From positions 1 to 52,270 of the IMG/VR virus record IMGVR_UViG_3300044616_000326: a stretch of 52,270 bases of DNA. One strand, given 5' to 3'. This stretch comes from a virus (taxonomy: Duplodnaviria > Caudoviricetes). Below are positions 49,399 to 52,270 of this stretch, in pieces; position 1 is the stretch's first letter, and each line of letters opens with the position of its first letter. The notes below the pieces were generated by a model. The model was given only the letters and a program-made list of their open reading frames with translations. It searched no databases and was not told where the DNA came from. Made by a program: the position numbers and the translations under genes.

Positions 49399-49814
49399 TA
49401 CAATGTCTTTTGGATTAAAGATCCTTCATGATAATAAGTTTCTGTCTCAACAATTCTGATATCATTAGTGATCTTGTATTTACCTGATGGTATAAGTATA
49501 CATACTGAACCATAACCACCTTCATTATTCCACCAGTCTTCAATGTCATTGAGTAATTTTTCCTCAACAAAATGTATAATATCTGAGTCAAGACCTGAAT
49601 CTAGTGTACAAAGATACCTTACATCTTGACTCCAAACATTTAGGTCGTTTATATCACTAAATGCATCTTCTTCATCTTCACTCATTTTTTCTGTAGTGTA
49701 GATTACACTGTCAATTGCACCTGAATCATCAGATCCTTCATAATTTACCTTAATACCAGTTACTCCCAAGTCAGCTAATTTGACAAGGGTAGCCATCATA
49801 TTTATTTCATTCAT
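49398..49814 (-). CDS. Conserved phage protein (DUF6878-like)
   Basis: GVTGIKVNYEGSDDSG..DWWNNEGGYG. The likely start is ATG 49814, just after the upstream stop. Confidence 0.6.
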   Translation of the reverse strand: MNEINMMATLVKLADLGVTGIKVNYEGSDDSGAIDSVIYTTEKMSEDEEDAFSDINDLNVWSQDVRYLCTLDSGLDSDIIHFVEEKLLNDIEDWWNNEGGYGSVCILIPSGKYKITNDIRIVETETYYHEGSLIQKTL

Positions 49815-49815
49815 A

Positions 49816-50241
49816 CTATTTGATTTTGTAAAACCTGCCAAGGATATTGGCATTCAGATATTCTTCTTTTTCAAGCACTTCTCTTACAAATTGAAATTTA
49901 GTCTCATGATATGTTAACTCTGTCTTTGAGAAACATATCCTGACCATAAACCTCTTTATAGGAATTCCTGCTTTGTGTGCATCTTGTAGCACTTGATTAC
50001 TACTGTAATAGTTTTCATAGTTAGTTTTAGTAACAAAAGTGTATTTAGATGCCCTTTTATCTGTCATTGCAGCAATAGCTTTCTTTCCAAGTTTCTTTTT
50101 AACTACAGAATGAAAATTCTTTTTACCAATATAACGGACTGCTTTACCATCAATGATTGCTTCCATTTCATAAATGAAACCTACAGCACCATCTGGAATT
50201 TTGCTGTCATTAAATACTTCACCTTTGTATAACCAACTCAT
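49816..50241 (-). CDS. GIY-YIG family nuclease (T4 endonuclease II/Seg-like)
   Basis: GFIY..RYIGKK..YYSS..E..YLNANI motifs. Confidence 0.7.
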   Translation of the reverse strand: MSWLYKGEVFNDSKIPDGAVGFIYEMEAIIDGKAVRYIGKKNFHSVVKKKLGKKAIAAMTDKRASKYTFVTKTNYENYYSSNQVLQDAHKAGIPIKRFMVRICFSKTELTYHETKFQFVREVLEKEEYLNANILGRFYKIK

Positions 50242-50513
50242 GAACTATAACTAAAATGTAATAACCGAGAATGTTTGCTTGTTACTTCTAAATTCTCAGC
50301 TTCTAAGATAACACATTTATGTTTCCACTCTTCAAGCTGTTCATTTAATGCATCAATTTGATCTATATAATCAGCAATTTCATGCCTTAAATCAGAAATT
50401 TCATTATTTACATCTTCTAATTCTCTTTCTATTTTTTCTCTTAGATTATCAAATTCATATCTTGCAGAAGATATATGATCTTCTAAATCATTCATTGATC
50501 TTTCTAAACTCAT
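50238..50513 (-). CDS. Small coiled-coil protein
   Basis: 91 aa with a heptad pattern and ATGA overlaps on both sides. Confidence 0.65.
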   Translation of the reverse strand: MSLERSMNDLEDHISSARYEFDNLREKIERELEDVNNEISDLRHEIADYIDQIDALNEQLEEWKHKCVILEAENLEVTSKHSRLLHFSYSS

Positions 50514-51487
50514 AATGCTTGTTTTAGTAAATTCAATAATTTATCTCTCACAGGTTCAATACCATGATCTCTGACAGAGTCTGATAAATCCTTAGACATG
50601 TCAAGTATTACATGTGGAATATTATACTTGTCCTGATATCTCTGAGCAGCCTTTATCCCGGGCTCATCATTATCAAACAGTACAATTATCTTAGCATACT
50701 TCTCTCTAAGTCTATTTATTACAGATTCTCCAATCATTGTATTCTCACTGTCCGGAGCAATACATTCTATATTACCAATACCAAGTTTCTTGAAAGACAT
50801 AAGATCTTTAAGTGAAGAAACAATCAGTAGATACTTGGAATCATATTGCAGTTGATCCATACCCTGTGTATAGTTCTGGATCTTAATGAACTTCTTCTCT
50901 GGGACTTTAGGCATGTAAATCTTATATAACTCACCATCTTGTCTAAAATAACCATAGATATAGGGTCTTGCAAACTTATAAGATGTTATACTACCATCAA
51001 CTTCAGTCTTTTCCATAGTAAAGAATTCCAATGGAACAACATTGTATCTCTCCAGTATTGCTGAAGAAATCCTAAAACTCATCCAAAACTTAGAGTCTTG
51101 GGAATTCCAATGTTTCATTTGGAAATCTGTTACCTTGAACTTATCATGAAATTGTATAGGTCCTCTTTCTGCAGGTGCATTATACTTTAGATACTCTTGA
51201 TAATCATGTAGTATTCTATTAACTGCTTTGAATCTTGTATCATAGTTAAATAAACATTTGACAAGTTCAATTTGATCACCTTGAAAGCCAGAAGAGAAAT
51301 CTTTAAACTTATAGCAATCCCCATTGCGATAGATAAACATGCTTGGAACTTTATCCTTTACATTAAATGCAGATAGCATTTTTATATCCTGACCAATGAG
51401 TTTTTCTTTTAAGTTTAGATAATATTCAAATACCCATTCTCTGGGTACATCCTGTAAATCAGATATTAAGTTCTTTGTTGAAATCAT
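50510..51487 (-). CDS. DnaG-like (TOPRIM) DNA primase, crAss-type
   Basis: PSM..YKFKDFSSG..GD N-domain, KIYMP, SSLKD, LFDNDEPG and KDLSD. The likely start is ATG 51487. Confidence 0.8.
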   Translation of the reverse strand: MISTKNLISDLQDVPREWVFEYYLNLKEKLIGQDIKMLSAFNVKDKVPSMFIYRNGDCYKFKDFSSGFQGDQIELVKCLFNYDTRFKAVNRILHDYQEYLKYNAPAERGPIQFHDKFKVTDFQMKHWNSQDSKFWMSFRISSAILERYNVVPLEFFTMEKTEVDGSITSYKFARPYIYGYFRQDGELYKIYMPKVPEKKFIKIQNYTQGMDQLQYDSKYLLIVSSLKDLMSFKKLGIGNIECIAPDSENTMIGESVINRLREKYAKIIVLFDNDEPGIKAAQRYQDKYNIPHVILDMSKDLSDSVRDHGIEPVRDKLLNLLKQAL

Positions 51488-51495
51488 AACCAATA

Positions 51496-51570
51496 AAAAT
51501 AAAGGGGGGAGGCTCCTGATTTAGTTAGAAATCTCTGTTATACATTAATTTATTACTAACTCCCCCCTAT
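51496..51570 (-). terminator. Terminator-like structured leader upstream of primase
   Basis: Minus strand GGGGGGAG ... CTCCCCCC followed by TTTATTTTT, enclosing about 48 nt with internal complementarity. Confidence 0.45.
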
Positions 51571-51584
51571 TATCTAGGTAGTAG

Positions 51585-52268
51585 TTAGTCTAAACTAAAG
51601 TCAGAAGATGATTTTGGTTTTAAAAATACATCATCATCATCCCCAAAGGACTTAACTTCTTTAACTTCTAATTTTTTGAGATGCTTGGTTTCATCATAAG
51701 GTATAACAACACCGCCTTCAACAGCTCCAAATGCATACTTTTTACCTTCTGCTTTTGGTAACCACATATCATAGTTAGTATAACCAGTTTTACCTTCATA
51801 CTCTTTACCAGCAACACAGAACTCAAGATATTTACCTCTGAAATCTGCTGTTTTATTGAATGCTTTAACAAAGTCTTCAATTGTTTCATGCTGACCATCT
51901 TGTTCAAGGAACCAAGAATCTAATTCCATAGTATGTGCAAGAGTTCTCAAGAAAATCAAAATAGATCTATCTCTTTGAATCTTAACACCAGACTTGGTCT
52001 CACCGTCAGCAAATGCATATTGGCTTGCTTTTACTCTACCAATCTGACCCGCATATCTTCCTTTGCTTTCATCATCTTTATCAATCATAAAGCCTTCAAA
52101 ACCTTCAATAGGTTGAGTCTCTACATGCATCATAAGATGATAAGCACCAGGAATAAACTTGAATTCCTCAAGTTCAATGCTATTAATTTTCAATACATGA
52201 TTACCTGGAGTAATTGTTTTTGGTAGTCCTGAGCCTGCTGTGCCCAAATCAGTTGTGCTTAATGCCAT
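51585..52268 (-). CDS. Hypothetical replication protein, possibly ssDNA-binding
   Basis: 227 aa, beta-rich, with an acidic/aromatic tail (DDDDVF..DFSLD). Located next to primase. Confidence 0.55.
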   Translation of the reverse strand: MALSTTDLGTAGSGLPKTITPGNHVLKINSIELEEFKFIPGAYHLMMHVETQPIEGFEGFMIDKDDESKGRYAGQIGRVKASQYAFADGETKSGVKIQRDRSILIFLRTLAHTMELDSWFLEQDGQHETIEDFVKAFNKTADFRGKYLEFCVAGKEYEGKTGYTNYDMWLPKAEGKKYAFGAVEGGVVIPYDETKHLKKLEVKEVKSFGDDDDVFLKPKSSSDFSLD

Positions 52269-52270
52269 TT

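Noticed and set aside
49816-50241. GIY-YIG gene as a second mobile homing element
   Set aside because: It is a short catalytic-domain-only protein with no DNA-binding extension or flanking duplication, so it is more likely a resident nuclease.
39835-52226. Short plus-strand and alternative-frame ORFs within the minus-strand module
   Set aside because: They are antisense or frame shadows of well-supported genes.
1-52270. Stop-codon reassignment (TAG or TGA), as in some crAss-like phages
   Set aside because: ORFs up to 13.5 kb are open in the standard code. TAG (e.g. 12515, 43073, 49816) and TGA (e.g. 35157, 42154) end genes at tightly packed boundaries.
1-52270. CRISPR arrays, tRNA/rRNA genes, integrase or transposase, DGR repeats
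   Set aside because: No regularly spaced nucleotide repeats or such motifs were seen, and intergenic gaps are too short. tRNAscan and repeat finders were not run.

Overview
A 52-kb, AT-rich segment of a large dsDNA phage genome that resembles Crassvirales (crAss-like) and related Bacteroidota phages, read in the standard genetic code. The plus strand (1-38570) holds the virion and ejection module. It has a partial tail/muzzle-like gene, three modular cargo-like proteins punctuated by a recurring x-[QAEK]-x-G-G motif (the first with SET, GH24 lysozyme, PG-binding, CHAP/NlpC-like and SLT-like domains), and a 941-aa protein. Three giant coupled genes (2084, 4501 and 1138 aa) follow. The middle one is a two-barrel virion RNA polymerase fused to zincin, ADP-ribosyltransferase-like, RecD/Dda-like helicase and ASCH-like domains. 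The minus strand (38584-52268) holds the replication/early module: MazG-like, DUF932-like, family B DNA polymerase, Endo VII-type HNH, PD-(D/E)xK nuclease, a MoxR AAA+/VWA-zincin pair, GIY-YIG-like and primase genes. There are four main observations. (1) The three giant proteins appear to contain only four cysteines in 7723 aa, all at the facing termini, which suggests a head-to-tail disulfide-linked ejection chain. (2) The GG-punctuated cargo proteins look like polyproteins. (3) An endonuclease cassette appears to have split the 5' end of polB and supplied a synonymously recoded replacement N-terminus. (4) A TTT[A/G]-N20-TATATTTA promoter motif recurs three times. All family assignments are by-eye motif recognition, not database searches.
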